From Candidatus Nomurabacteria bacterium (GTDB lineage Bacteria; Patescibacteriota; Minisyncoccia; Phycocordibacterales; UBA9973), in assembly GCA_016186435.1 (NCBI GenBank), contig JACPLQ010000020.1, positions 1 to 49,352 on the forward strand: a stretch of 49,352 nt of DNA, read 5' to 3'. Below, in pieces: positions 32,439 to 40,295 of this stretch; within the stretch, counting starts at the first letter, position 1, and every line of letters starts with the position of its first letter. The notes under the pieces were generated by a model. It saw only the letters and a list, made by a program, of their open reading frames with translations, made no database searches and was not told where the DNA came from. The position numbers and the translations under genes are program-made.

Positions 32439-32945
32439 ATGTCAAGCTATTCCAAAAAAATTCTCAAGAAACTGGCCGAAAAGCCCGCAGTTTCCGTAGA
32501 AGAACTAAAGGATTCGGACACCAAAACCTCTTACGCCCTAACTCGGGCGTTAAAAAACCTAGTGGGAGGCGGTTATGCTGAAATTCATAAATCCGAAAGA
32601 CAAAATTACGCAAAAATCACGGCTCAGGGAAAAACCAAATTAAACAGCATCACCCTAGAAAACGTTGATGCCCTCGTGCCTCAATCATGGGACGGGTTCT
32701 GGAGAATTATTTTATTGGACCTTCCCGAAAGCAGAAAAAGTGAACGCGAAAGTCTGCGCTATCTTTTGAAAAAAGCGGGTTTCGTCTGCCTCAAAAATTC
32801 CGCCTGGATCTCCCCTTTTCCGTATGAGCACTTGTTTGCGAATATAAAAAAAGATTTAGGCCTTACGACAGAAATGATGATCATTGTTACCGAACACATA
32901 GATGAGGAATCCAAAAAAGTTCTCTTCGAGACCTTCGTACAATAG
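32439..32945 (+). CDS. PaaX-like regulator: N-terminal winged helix plus Cas2-like ferredoxin-fold domain
   Basis: Pattern WDGFWRIILLDLPESRKSERESLRYLLKKAGFVCLKNSAWISPFP resembles the PaaX/Cas2-fold module. Opposite strand to its neighbours. Confidence 0.55.
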   Translation: MSSYSKKILKKLAEKPAVSVEELKDSDTKTSYALTRALKNLVGGGYAEIHKSERQNYAKITAQGKTKLNSITLENVDALVPQSWDGFWRIILLDLPESRKSERESLRYLLKKAGFVCLKNSAWISPFPYEHLFANIKKDLGLTTEMMIIVTEHIDEESKKVLFETFVQ

Positions 32946-32970
32946 GATTGTTCCATATCTTTGTTATGAT

Positions 32971-32994
32971 TATCTTAAACATATGTAAAAGATA
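32971..32994. terminator. hairpin after the PaaX-like gene, related to 24621-24646
   Basis: TATCTT-aaacatatgtaa-AAGATA. Shares ATCTTA(A/G)ACATATGT with the cysS/speB hairpin. Confidence 0.35.
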
Positions 32995-33005
32995 GTAATA
33001 TAAGT

Positions 33006-33138
33006 TTAGTAAACTTCTTTATTGTAACAGCTCTCGCAGTAAACCTTTTCTGGCCTTTCTGGCGCGTAGGGTGTTTCAAATTCGTTCTATCGTGAAATCT
33101 TTTTTACAGTTTTTGCATTGTTTAGTTTCCGGATTCAT
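33006..33138 (-). pseudogene. deletion remnant of a cysteine-rich paralog: N-terminal ribbon half and C-terminal ribbon half in different frames
   Basis: Frame 1 (33138-33076) reads MNPETKQCKNCKKDFTIERI*. The adjacent frame (33086-33006) reads NEFETPYAPERPEKVYCESCYNKEVY*, which matches the C-terminus of paralog A (EFETTYAPERPEIVYCEKCYQQEVY). Its ATG overlaps the Fic TGA (ATGA). Confidence 0.6.
33085..33129. repeat. 45-bp perfect direct repeat, left copy
   Basis: TTCTATCGTGAAATCTTTTTTACAGTTTTTGCATTGTTTAGTTTC. Identical to 35521-35565. Confidence 0.9.
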
Positions 33139-33752
33139 TTTTTAGAATTACTTTTTAATCTCTTTAAAATAAAATCCGTCATGGGTTTATTCTTGCCAAC
33201 CGCACCAGAAATGCAAGCGTTTATGTACTCACGTTTAGACGTTGAATTCCAGTTAATAATTTTATAGCCAAGACTGAAGATAAGCAAATCTATAAATAAA
33301 CGTATGGTCCGTCCGTTTCCGTCTCGAAAAGGATGAACTGCGTTAAATTCATTGTGAATAAGTGCTATTTTAGAGGCTACGGTATTTTTAGTATCTTTGT
33401 TTTTGGGTAGACTATCTTTTAAAACCTTATCAAGATATTTCATAGAAGAACCCATGTGCTTGGCGGAGGCGAACATCATACCGCCTTTTGACATGTCTAC
33501 TTCCCTTATATTTCCCGCCCAATCATATAATGTCCCGAGAAAATATTTATGTAGTATAAATAAGAATTTGACATCAAAATCACCTAGGCCAGGTCTATTT
33601 TTCGAAAGAAAAAAATCATATGCGTCTGAGAGCAGAATGGTCTCGGCATCTTCTATCTGTTTTTGGTCTGAAATACCAAGCTTATTTTTTAAAACTCCAT
33701 TTTTTATGCCAGCTTGTTCACTTGAAACATTATAGCGAGAATGCCCGGCCAT
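33135..33752 (-). CDS. fic: Fic-domain protein (AMPylase-type)
   Basis: Fic motif HPFRDGNGRTIR. 205 aa. I saw no internal (S/T)xxxE(G/N) inhibitory helix in this protein. Confidence 0.88.
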   Translation of the reverse strand: MAGHSRYNVSSEQAGIKNGVLKNKLGISDQKQIEDAETILLSDAYDFFLSKNRPGLGDFDVKFLFILHKYFLGTLYDWAGNIREVDMSKGGMMFASAKHMGSSMKYLDKVLKDSLPKNKDTKNTVASKIALIHNEFNAVHPFRDGNGRTIRLFIDLLIFSLGYKIINWNSTSKREYINACISGAVGKNKPMTDFILKRLKSNSKK

Positions 33753-33882
33753 GCTTTTGTAATTTTTTAATTATAAAGTTATTTTTCCGAGCACGAGCCA
33801 AACTCATTCCTTCTATTTTCGAAGAGGACAAAACGGCATTTTTTATATCTTTTTTATTGATGTATTTGATTGAATTTCCCAT
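33730..33882 (-). CDS. candidate Fic-inhibitory antitoxin (VbhA/YhfG-like), 50 aa
   Basis: Not in the track (<60 aa). Sequence MGNSIKYINKKDIKNAVLSSSKIEGMSLARARKNNFIIKKLQKHGRAFSL contains SSKIEG, which fits the (S/T)xxxE(G/N) motif. Overlaps the Fic start by 23 nt. TGCTATACT box 8 nt upstream of its ATG. Confidence 0.65.
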   Translation of the reverse strand: MGNSIKYINKKDIKNAVLSSSKIEGMSLARARKNNFIIKKLQKHGRAFSL

Positions 33883-33890
33883 ATACGTAC

Positions 33891-33899
33891 AGTATAGCA
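33891..33899 (-). promoter_or_regulatory. extended -10 box TGCTATACT, 8 nt before the antitoxin-candidate ATG (33882)
   Basis: Minus strand: TGCTATACT-gtacgtat-ATG. Confidence 0.5.
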
Positions 33900-33924
33900 T
33901 ATCCCAGAATTTTTTTCACTGCAT

Positions 33925-35574
33925 TTAGGCGATATGTTGCTTGTAACATTCCTCGCAGGCAATCTTTTGATATCCCCACTCTGGAGGATAATATGCCATT
34001 ATATCCTTTTTACAATAAAAACATTTATAGGGAGAACTTTTCAGAACTACCATTTTGCGTGCTGGTTCTAACATTCTCCTATCAAAATGTTCCCGAGGCA
34101 AAGCAAAATTCCTGTTTTTATGAAATTCAAACTCAGATTGAGAAATATTAAATCGATAGCGAGTTATTGGACAGATCAAGGCTTGGCCACATACAGATGA
34201 ATCAGTGTCTTTCATTTCGTCTGTCAATTCTGTAGATAATATTCCGTCTTTGGAAGAGAAATCTTCTTCCGACCAATAGCCACCTTGCTCCACTATTTCT
34301 TCTTTTGTTGTTTTTGGAAAATAAAGTACTCCTGCCGACAGATTATAGTCACAGATACCCACTGAATAAGGTAAGAATTCCCCGTATTCATCTCCCATAT
34401 CAGAAATAATTTTATTTTTCAATTTTTCATACTCTTCTTTAGTGTATTGTCTATTTAAAATGCAATATTTCTTTTTTCTCAAACCAATACATCCAAAACA
34501 GTTTTCAACATCAATGCAATTATCTAAATACTCAGAATATTTTGCCACAGAATGCGCAGAGTGTTTAATTTGATAACCACCATCTACCGTTCCATTGTTA
34601 CCAGAATTTTCCGTATTCCAAGTAAAAGCTTGATCGATAGAATCTTTGGCATTTAAGCCTCTTATACAATTAAGACAATTTTGCGAATTTTCCCAAGAAA
34701 AAACATTTTTACACTTATCACAGTTGGTCATGTAGTTCCCAGAGGAATTTGTAATTTTTATATTGAAGTTTTCTCGATGGATAGCATCATTTTTTAATAT
34801 ATTCTCAAATTCTATTTTATATGAATTTAATTTTTTATAAGAGCCAAAATTAAATTCGGCTAATTCTTTCTCGTATTCATCTTTTGTATATTGCTGGTTC
34901 CTTATACAATAGCGTTTATTGCGAAGGTTCCAAGACATTACACAATCCTGACAATTTCGACAATCAAACAAAAAATATGAGTCTATGCAATCCCGCGAGT
35001 TTTCTGAAAAATTTAAATTAAACGAACTATGGCAAAATAAACAGTTATATGATTTTTGCATATCAAAACAGTACACCAAATCAAAAGAATCTTTACTGGT
35101 TAAAACTCGATAACAATAACTCAGGTTTTCACATTTCCAAATTGCTCTGCTTAAATAAATGTTTTTTGATTCCCATGTATCCTCAGACCAATCACAAGCA
35201 TAATTTTTTCTACCTATTTGATGAGCACGCGGGACTTTTTCTTGTAACTCTTTTAGTTGAGTGAAAAATGGTTTAGTGGGATCATATTCCTGACCAAAAG
35301 ACATCGGTTCCCAATTATCTCCCCACCATTCATGAGAAGTATAAATAGGAAACCGAGCATTTTCTGGCAAAACAGTTATAAAGCTTTCTCCAGAAAGATC
35401 CGACTTCCCTTTTCTGAACTTTCCAAAAGGAGCAAATGAAAAATATTGCTACCATCTGCAGTCGCAACACTTGCGAGGAATTTTTAAGCCTATTTTTTCA
35501 TAGAAATTAAAATCTTCACTTTCTATCGTGAAATCTTTTTTACAGTTTTTGCATTGTTTAGTTTCTTCTTTCAT
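33925..35574 (-). pseudogene. cysteine-rich multi-CxxC protein, paralog B, interrupted by an in-frame TAG at 35449-35451
   Basis: ATG at 35574 gives MKEETKQCKNCKKDFTIESEDFNFYEKIGLKIPRKCCDCRW-TAG-QYFSF.... This runs in frame into track ORF 33925-35370. It is colinear with paralog A. Confidence 0.6.
35521..35565. repeat. 45-bp perfect direct repeat, right copy
   Basis: Identical to 33085-33129. Encodes ETKQCKNCKKDFTIE on the minus strand. Confidence 0.9.
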
Positions 35575-35612
35575 AATTACTCATAACACTTTATCGCGAT
35601 CGAGAAATTTTG

Positions 35613-36221
35613 TTATGTTTGGTCTGCTTCTCCGCCTTTGTATTCGTATAAATTTACTCTTGCCGGACGGATGACGCGCTCGCCCAGCTTGTATCCCCTT
35701 TGAATTACTTTTGCCACTTTGTGGTCCAATTCTTTTTTATCTGTTTCCACCATATCTATTGATTCATGTATATTCGGATCAAAAGTTTCACCCTCTACTC
35801 CTGTGGGCTTAACTCCATATTCTTCAAAAATAGTATTGAGTTGGGAATAAATATGCTGTATGCCTATTCGCCAATTTAAATCTACTTTTTCCCATACTTC
35901 TTTGTCAGAAAAAGCTATGTTGAAACTATCTATAATAGTAAGAAACCGAGTCAATATACGCTCGCGCATTGCTTCGGAAAACATCGCCTTGCGGTCATCT
36001 TCTTGCTTCCTGTAATTTGCGAATTCCGCTCGCTCTTTCTGCCAGCCGGTCAGGTATTCTTCTTTTTCTTTCTTTGCCTGCTTCAAATCTGCCCTAAATT
36101 TCTTTAGAGTTTTCTTTAAATCCTCTTCCCCGTCTTCATTAAATTCAAACTCAAGAATCTCCGATTCCTCTTCTGCTTGCTGTTCTTCTTTTTTTTCTGT
36201 TTGTTCTTCATCATCACTCAT
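35613..36221 (-). CDS. grpE: nucleotide exchange factor GrpE
   Basis: GrpE C-terminal pattern (GVKPTGVEGETFDPNIHESI, VIQRGYKLGERVIRPARV). The ATG at 36221 lies 6 nt after TGCTAAAGT. Confidence 0.9.
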   Translation of the reverse strand: MSDDEEQTEKKEEQQAEEESEILEFEFNEDGEEDLKKTLKKFRADLKQAKKEKEEYLTGWQKERAEFANYRKQEDDRKAMFSEAMRERILTRFLTIIDSFNIAFSDKEVWEKVDLNWRIGIQHIYSQLNTIFEEYGVKPTGVEGETFDPNIHESIDMVETDKKELDHKVAKVIQRGYKLGERVIRPARVNLYEYKGGEADQT

Positions 36222-36227
36222 ATACAC

Positions 36228-36236
36228 ACTTTAGCA
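36228..36236 (-). promoter_or_regulatory. extended -10 box TGCTAAAGT, 6 nt before the grpE ATG (36221)
   Basis: Minus strand: TGCTAAAGT-gtgtat-ATG. Confidence 0.5.
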
Positions 36237-36269
36237 TAAAAAAATCCCTCTTGAAAGAGGGATTTTTTT
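36237..36269. terminator. bidirectional terminator between rpsI and grpE
   Basis: AAAAAAATCCCTCTT-ga-AAGAGGGATTTTTTT. Confidence 0.75.
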
Positions 36270-36686
36270 CTAACGCTTAGACCATTTAGGAGCCTTTCTT
36301 GCTTTCTTGAGTCCGAATTTTCTTCGTTCTTTGGCTCTTGGGTCTCTTTTCAAGAATCCTAAGGTTTTCAACCCGCCGCGCAAAGCAGGATCTGATTCTA
36401 TAAGAACTCGGGAAAGTCCGTGACGAATTGCTTCTGCCTGCGAGTGCGTGCCTCCTCCGGACACGAGAACCTCTACACTCCACTTTGCGCCTTTTCCTGT
36501 AGGCAGTCCCTTGGTAATCGGATCCAATATCAAACGGCGCTCTACTTCGGTCTTCAAGTATTCCCTGGCATCCTTTCCATTTATCACAAAATGAGCTTTG
36601 GCGGATGGAGTGATGCGTACTCTTGCAGTAGAAGTCTTTCTTCGTCCTACGGCTTCAATATATTTTGTTTTTTCTGTAGTTGCCAT
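36270..36686 (-). CDS. rpsI: 30S ribosomal protein S9
   Basis: AVGRRKTSTARVRI... and a C-terminal KARKAPKWSKR. Confidence 0.95.
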   Translation of the reverse strand: MATTEKTKYIEAVGRRKTSTARVRITPSAKAHFVINGKDAREYLKTEVERRLILDPITKGLPTGKGAKWSVEVLVSGGGTHSQAEAIRHGLSRVLIESDPALRGGLKTLGFLKRDPRAKERRKFGLKKARKAPKWSKR

Positions 36687-36692
36687 ATAAGA

Positions 36693-37058
36693 TTAATCTT
36701 CAATTTTTAAATTTTTCATCATCGTTCGGCGGATTTTGTTATCAGGAAGCATGTTAAATATCGCAAGCTTGACCAATTCTTTCAGGCCTTTCTTTTCGAC
36801 TGTCTCTGTGCCTTTCAAAACTCGGAGTCCTCCCGGAATACCGGAGTATCGTGTGTGAAATATCTCATCTAATTTCTTGGCAGTGATCTTGATCTTGGAA
36901 GCGTTTACGACTTTGACCGGAAAACCTGAATATTTATTTCGTTCAAAAGTAGCCTTGGTCTTGCCCATTAGTGACATCGCGACTTCGCTCGCTATTCGGC
37001 CTAAAGTTCTTCCTGAAGCATCGATGGTAACTATTTCTTTTTTATCTGTCATTTTCAT
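36693..37058 (-). CDS. rplM: 50S ribosomal protein L13
   Basis: IDASGRTLGRIASEVAMSLMGK pattern. Upstream of rpsI. Confidence 0.93.
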   Translation of the reverse strand: MKMTDKKEIVTIDASGRTLGRIASEVAMSLMGKTKATFERNKYSGFPVKVVNASKIKITAKKLDEIFHTRYSGIPGGLRVLKGTETVEKKGLKELVKLAIFNMLPDNKIRRTMMKNLKIED

Positions 37059-37070
37059 GCAATATTAACT

Positions 37071-37424
37071 TTATATAAATTCTATAATTGCCATTTTTGT
37101 CCCGTCCGACTTGCGGGCTCCTAATTTTACGATTCTGGTGTATCCGCCTTTTTTATCTGTATACTTTGGCGCAATAACTTCAAAAAGTTTTTTCACTTCT
37201 CGTTTTCGGTTTGCCAATTTTGAAATGATGAGCCTGCGAGTAGCTGCGTCACCCTTCTTTGCGTGAGTCACAAGCTTTTCTATAAATGGTCTTAGCTCTT
37301 TTGCCTTTGGTTCGGTCGTTTTTATTTTTTCGCGCACGATCAAATTGAGCGCTAAGGAATTCATAAGCGCATTCTTTTGCTTTTTGACTCGGCCGAATTT
37401 TCTTTTTGTATTATGGTGTCGCAT
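37071..37424 (-). CDS. rplQ: 50S ribosomal protein L17
   Basis: MRHHNTKRKFGRVKKQKNALM... is a typical L17 sequence. Follows rpoA. Confidence 0.95.
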   Translation of the reverse strand: MRHHNTKRKFGRVKKQKNALMNSLALNLIVREKIKTTEPKAKELRPFIEKLVTHAKKGDAATRRLIISKLANRKREVKKLFEVIAPKYTDKKGGYTRIVKLGARKSDGTKMAIIEFI

Positions 37425-37456
37425 AAATTAGGTTCTAGTTTCTAGGTCATAATAAA

Positions 37457-38467
37457 TTATTCCTTGAGATTCAATCCAAATTTATTCAACACTTTCTTAA
37501 CCTCTGTAATTCCTTTCTCGCCGATGCCTTCTACTTCAAGCAGGTCTTCCCTTTTCTTGCGGGCAAGGCCTCCAAGCGTGCGGATATTTGCTCCGGTCAA
37601 AGCGTTCAGCGTTCTAGTAGAAAGATCAAGGCTGTCTGTGCGGGTCTTTAACACATCTGCAAAATCAGCGCCCCCGCCTGCGTCGGACTGTGAAGCATTA
37701 CGGGCAGGTTTCTTTTCTTCACCTTCGTCTTCTTTTTCTTTTCCTGCTTTCTTTTCCGGCTTTACTTCTTCTTCCGGCTCTTTAAAATCAATGATGGCTT
37801 TGAGCTGATTGATCATGATTTCGATAGACTGAGAAAGAGCTTCGCGAGGAGAAAGTGTGCCGTCTGTTTCTATGGAAATTCGCAGGCGGTTGTGGTTTGT
37901 CTTGTCGCCGACGCGCATGTTTTCCACTTCGTAAGCCACTCGGCGGATGGGAGTGAATATGGCATCTACGGCAATGGTGCCGATGTCTACTTTTTCTTTC
38001 TGGAAAACTTCTTTAGGGATAAAACCGAGACCTTTTTCAATCTTCATTTCAATATTCAAATTTACCTTGCCGGTCACTTCTGCGATATGAAGCTCCGGGT
38101 TTAAGATCTCTACTTGTCCTCCCGTTTTTATATCTGAAGCCAAAACTTCTTTTGGCCCTTTTATGGAAAGATCAATAGTCTGAGACTCGTCCGATAGCAT
38201 CTTGAATCGGGCTTTCTTCAAGTTCAGTATCATAACGATGACATCCTCTTTGATGCCGTCCATAGTTTGGAATTCATGGGTTACGCCCTCTATCTTTATA
38301 GAAGTAATGCTCGCGCCCGGCAAGGACGACAAAATAATTCGCCTTAAACTATTTCCTAATGTATGGCCGTATCCGGGATATAAGCCGTCTATTTCAAATA
38401 CTCCTTTGTTGCCAACTTCTGAAACAACGCGAGGTTTTGATGGCATAATTATTTTATATTCAGGCAT
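37457..38467 (-). CDS. rpoA: DNA-directed RNA polymerase subunit alpha
   Basis: 336 aa. N-terminal domain (GHTLGNSLRRILLSS-like GHTLGNSLRRIILSSLPG) and C-terminal HhH domain (LDLSTRTLNAL). Confidence 0.95.
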   Translation of the reverse strand: MPEYKIIMPSKPRVVSEVGNKGVFEIDGLYPGYGHTLGNSLRRIILSSLPGASITSIKIEGVTHEFQTMDGIKEDVIVMILNLKKARFKMLSDESQTIDLSIKGPKEVLASDIKTGGQVEILNPELHIAEVTGKVNLNIEMKIEKGLGFIPKEVFQKEKVDIGTIAVDAIFTPIRRVAYEVENMRVGDKTNHNRLRISIETDGTLSPREALSQSIEIMINQLKAIIDFKEPEEEVKPEKKAGKEKEDEGEEKKPARNASQSDAGGGADFADVLKTRTDSLDLSTRTLNALTGANIRTLGGLARKKREDLLEVEGIGEKGITEVKKVLNKFGLNLKE

Positions 38468-38543
38468 ATTTTTTAAAAAAGTTATCTTTTAATTTAATAA
38501 TGTTCAAAATTAATAATACTTGTCCGTCCTTTGGCGGAATATT

Positions 38544-39143
38544 TTATCTGCTATAAAATTCCAGCACGGCGTTGATATCAAGGTACGCCTCGGTATTTTT
38601 TGGTTTTGCCAATATTTTTCCTTCCATGCCGGCTATATCAAAAGAAACCCAGGTCGGCGCAATGTAATCTTTCAATTTATCTCCGAGATTTTCAAATAAT
38701 TTCTTCACCTTGCTTCCTTCGCGGATTTTTACTACATCTCCCGGCTTTAATTCATATGATGGAATAGTGACCCGGTGATTGTTTACTACGAAATGTCCGT
38801 GAGATACCATCTGTCGCGCGCCTCTTCGGCTAGGGGCGAGACCCATTCTGTAAACTGCGTTATCCAAACGAGACTCAAGATTTTCGTATAATTTTTCAGC
38901 AGTACCGGCTCCTTTTATATGGGAAGCTTTTTTTACATAATTAGAAAGCTGGCGTTCAGATATGCCGTATGAAAAGCGAATTTTTTGTTTTTCTAAAAGC
39001 TGCGCGCCGTATTCCGTAGGAGCTTTTGGGCGCTTGCCTCCTATGGGGCTCTTTACGGAAGCGGAAAACTTCGGGGTCTGGCATTTGTCGTACACTCCCG
39101 CTCCGAGTCTCCTGCCTATTTTAAATTTAGGTTTTGATATCAT
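38544..39143 (-). CDS. rpsD: 30S ribosomal protein S4
   Basis: 199 aa. S4 domain (RLDNAVYRMGLAPSRRGARQMVSHGHFVVN). Confidence 0.95.
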   Translation of the reverse strand: MISKPKFKIGRRLGAGVYDKCQTPKFSASVKSPIGGKRPKAPTEYGAQLLEKQKIRFSYGISERQLSNYVKKASHIKGAGTAEKLYENLESRLDNAVYRMGLAPSRRGARQMVSHGHFVVNNHRVTIPSYELKPGDVVKIREGSKVKKLFENLGDKLKDYIAPTWVSFDIAGMEGKILAKPKNTEAYLDINAVLEFYSR

Positions 39144-39155
39144 AATTTTAAATAT

Positions 39156-39575
39156 TTAAACTCGTCTTGGCTTCTTGGCTTTCGGTCCGTTGTGAGGCAC
39201 CGGTGTCGCATCCAATATGGATGTAATCTCTATGCCGTGAGCCATAAATGCTCTGATGGCAGGCTCGCGCCCTGACCCGACTCCGAGAACCACGACATCC
39301 GCATCTTTTACTCCAAGCACTGCCGCTTTGTCTCCGATAATATCGCCTACTTTGGAAGCTGCGAAGGGTGTGCCTTTCTTTGCTCCTCTGAAGCCCAGAC
39401 TTCCTGAGCTGGACCAAAATAATGTATTGCCAACTTTATCAGAAAAAAGCACTTTCGTATTGTTGAAAGTCGCTTCTATGTGTAAAACGCCAGAAACAAT
39501 TTTTTTCTTTGGAGTTTTTGAGGCAGCCTTTTTAGCATCAACTTTCTCTTCTGTTGTATTCTCTACATTATCCAT
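39156..39575 (-). CDS. rpsK: 30S ribosomal protein S11
   Basis: GVLHIEATFNNT... is the S11 core. The ATG at 39575 lies 4 nt after the rpsM stop and is preferred over the track start at 39629, which would overlap rpsM by 50 nt. Confidence 0.9.
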   Translation of the reverse strand: MDNVENTTEEKVDAKKAASKTPKKKIVSGVLHIEATFNNTKVLFSDKVGNTLFWSSSGSLGFRGAKKGTPFAASKVGDIIGDKAAVLGVKDADVVVLGVGSGREPAIRAFMAHGIEITSILDATPVPHNGPKAKKPRRV

Positions 39576-39579
39576 AAAT

Positions 39580-39960
39580 TTACGTCTTGCTTTCTTTTCT
39601 CTTACCGGACGCCATGGTTTTTCTGACATTGCCTCTGACTGTTCGGGAGTTTGTCTTGGTGCGCTGTCCTCGGACCGGCAGTCTTTTAATATGTCTTAAG
39701 CCCCTGTGGCTCTTTATATCTTTCAGTCTTTTTATGTTTGCGGCAATCTCTCTTTTCAAATTACCTTCTATTTGTATCTTTTCAACTATGGCTCTGATGC
39801 TGTTTTCTTCAGCTTCAGTTAAATCTTTTGCGCGCTTGCCGTGATCTATATTAACCTGATCTAAAATTTTTTTAGCGGAAGAAACACCAATGCCGTAAAG
39901 GACTGTCAAGCCAATCTCAAGTCTTTTATCATTTGGTACGGTGATTCCTAATACTCTCAT
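39580..39960 (-). CDS. rpsM: 30S ribosomal protein S13
   Basis: MRVLGITVPNDKRLEIGLTVLYGIG... is a typical S13 sequence. Confidence 0.95.
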   Translation of the reverse strand: MRVLGITVPNDKRLEIGLTVLYGIGVSSAKKILDQVNIDHGKRAKDLTEAEENSIRAIVEKIQIEGNLKREIAANIKRLKDIKSHRGLRHIKRLPVRGQRTKTNSRTVRGNVRKTMASGKRKESKT

Positions 39961-40067
39961 CCCAGTATTAAAATTTTACCTTAGCTATTAATCTTAATGT
40001 ATTTCTATGTTTCATAATTATATTTATTTTTTGTATTACTCAATCAAAAATTTAATACGGGACAGGT
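39961..40067 (-). promoter_or_regulatory. leader stem-loop, copy 5 (rpsM), long-loop variant between rpmJ and rpsM
   Basis: Minus strand reads ACCTGTCCCGTATTAAATTTTTG...GTAAAATTTTAATACTGGG|ATG(39960). Both arms carry the matching C->T / G->A change. Confidence 0.55.
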
Positions 40068-40070
40068 AAA

Positions 40071-40181
40071 TTATTGTTTTTGTTTGTGCTTTGGGTTAGA
40101 GCAAATTATTCTTAAATGCCTGGCGCGCCTTACCAGTTTGCAATTATCGCAAATTTTTTTTACAGCAGATTTGATTTTCAT
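40071..40181 (-). CDS. rpmJ: 50S ribosomal protein L36
   Basis: Not in the track. ATG 40181 to TAA 40071 gives [36 protein letters not shown], a typical zinc-ribbon L36. Sits between infA and rpsM. Confidence 0.9.
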   Translation of the reverse strand: MKIKSAVKKICDNCKLVRRARHLRIICSNPKHKQKQ

Positions 40182-40295
40182 AGATAATACAAGAGAAAAA
40201 CAAGGAAAAACCCTTATTTTTCAATACTTTTAACTTTTACAAATCCCAATTAAACAGTAAATACTATAATACACTATAGTTAAAAAAATTACAAG

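Noticed and set aside
33076-33086. Programmed ribosomal frameshift joining the two halves of the Cys-rich remnant.
   Set aside because: No slippery heptamer or downstream stimulatory structure was seen at the frame junction. A deletion remnant is the simpler explanation.
33135-33137. UGA recoding (genetic code 4 or 25), as occurs in some candidate-phyla lineages.
   Set aside because: TGA terminates fic, ATPase-1 and Cys-rich paralog A at positions consistent with homologs. No conserved gene needs in-frame TGA read-through. The standard code is assumed.
38519-38543. ACTTGTCCGTCC in the rpsD|rpoA spacer as another arm A of the leader family.
   Set aside because: It lies on the plus strand, the wrong orientation for the minus-strand genes. 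It lacks the GTACTAAATTTTT continuation and has no arm B partner.
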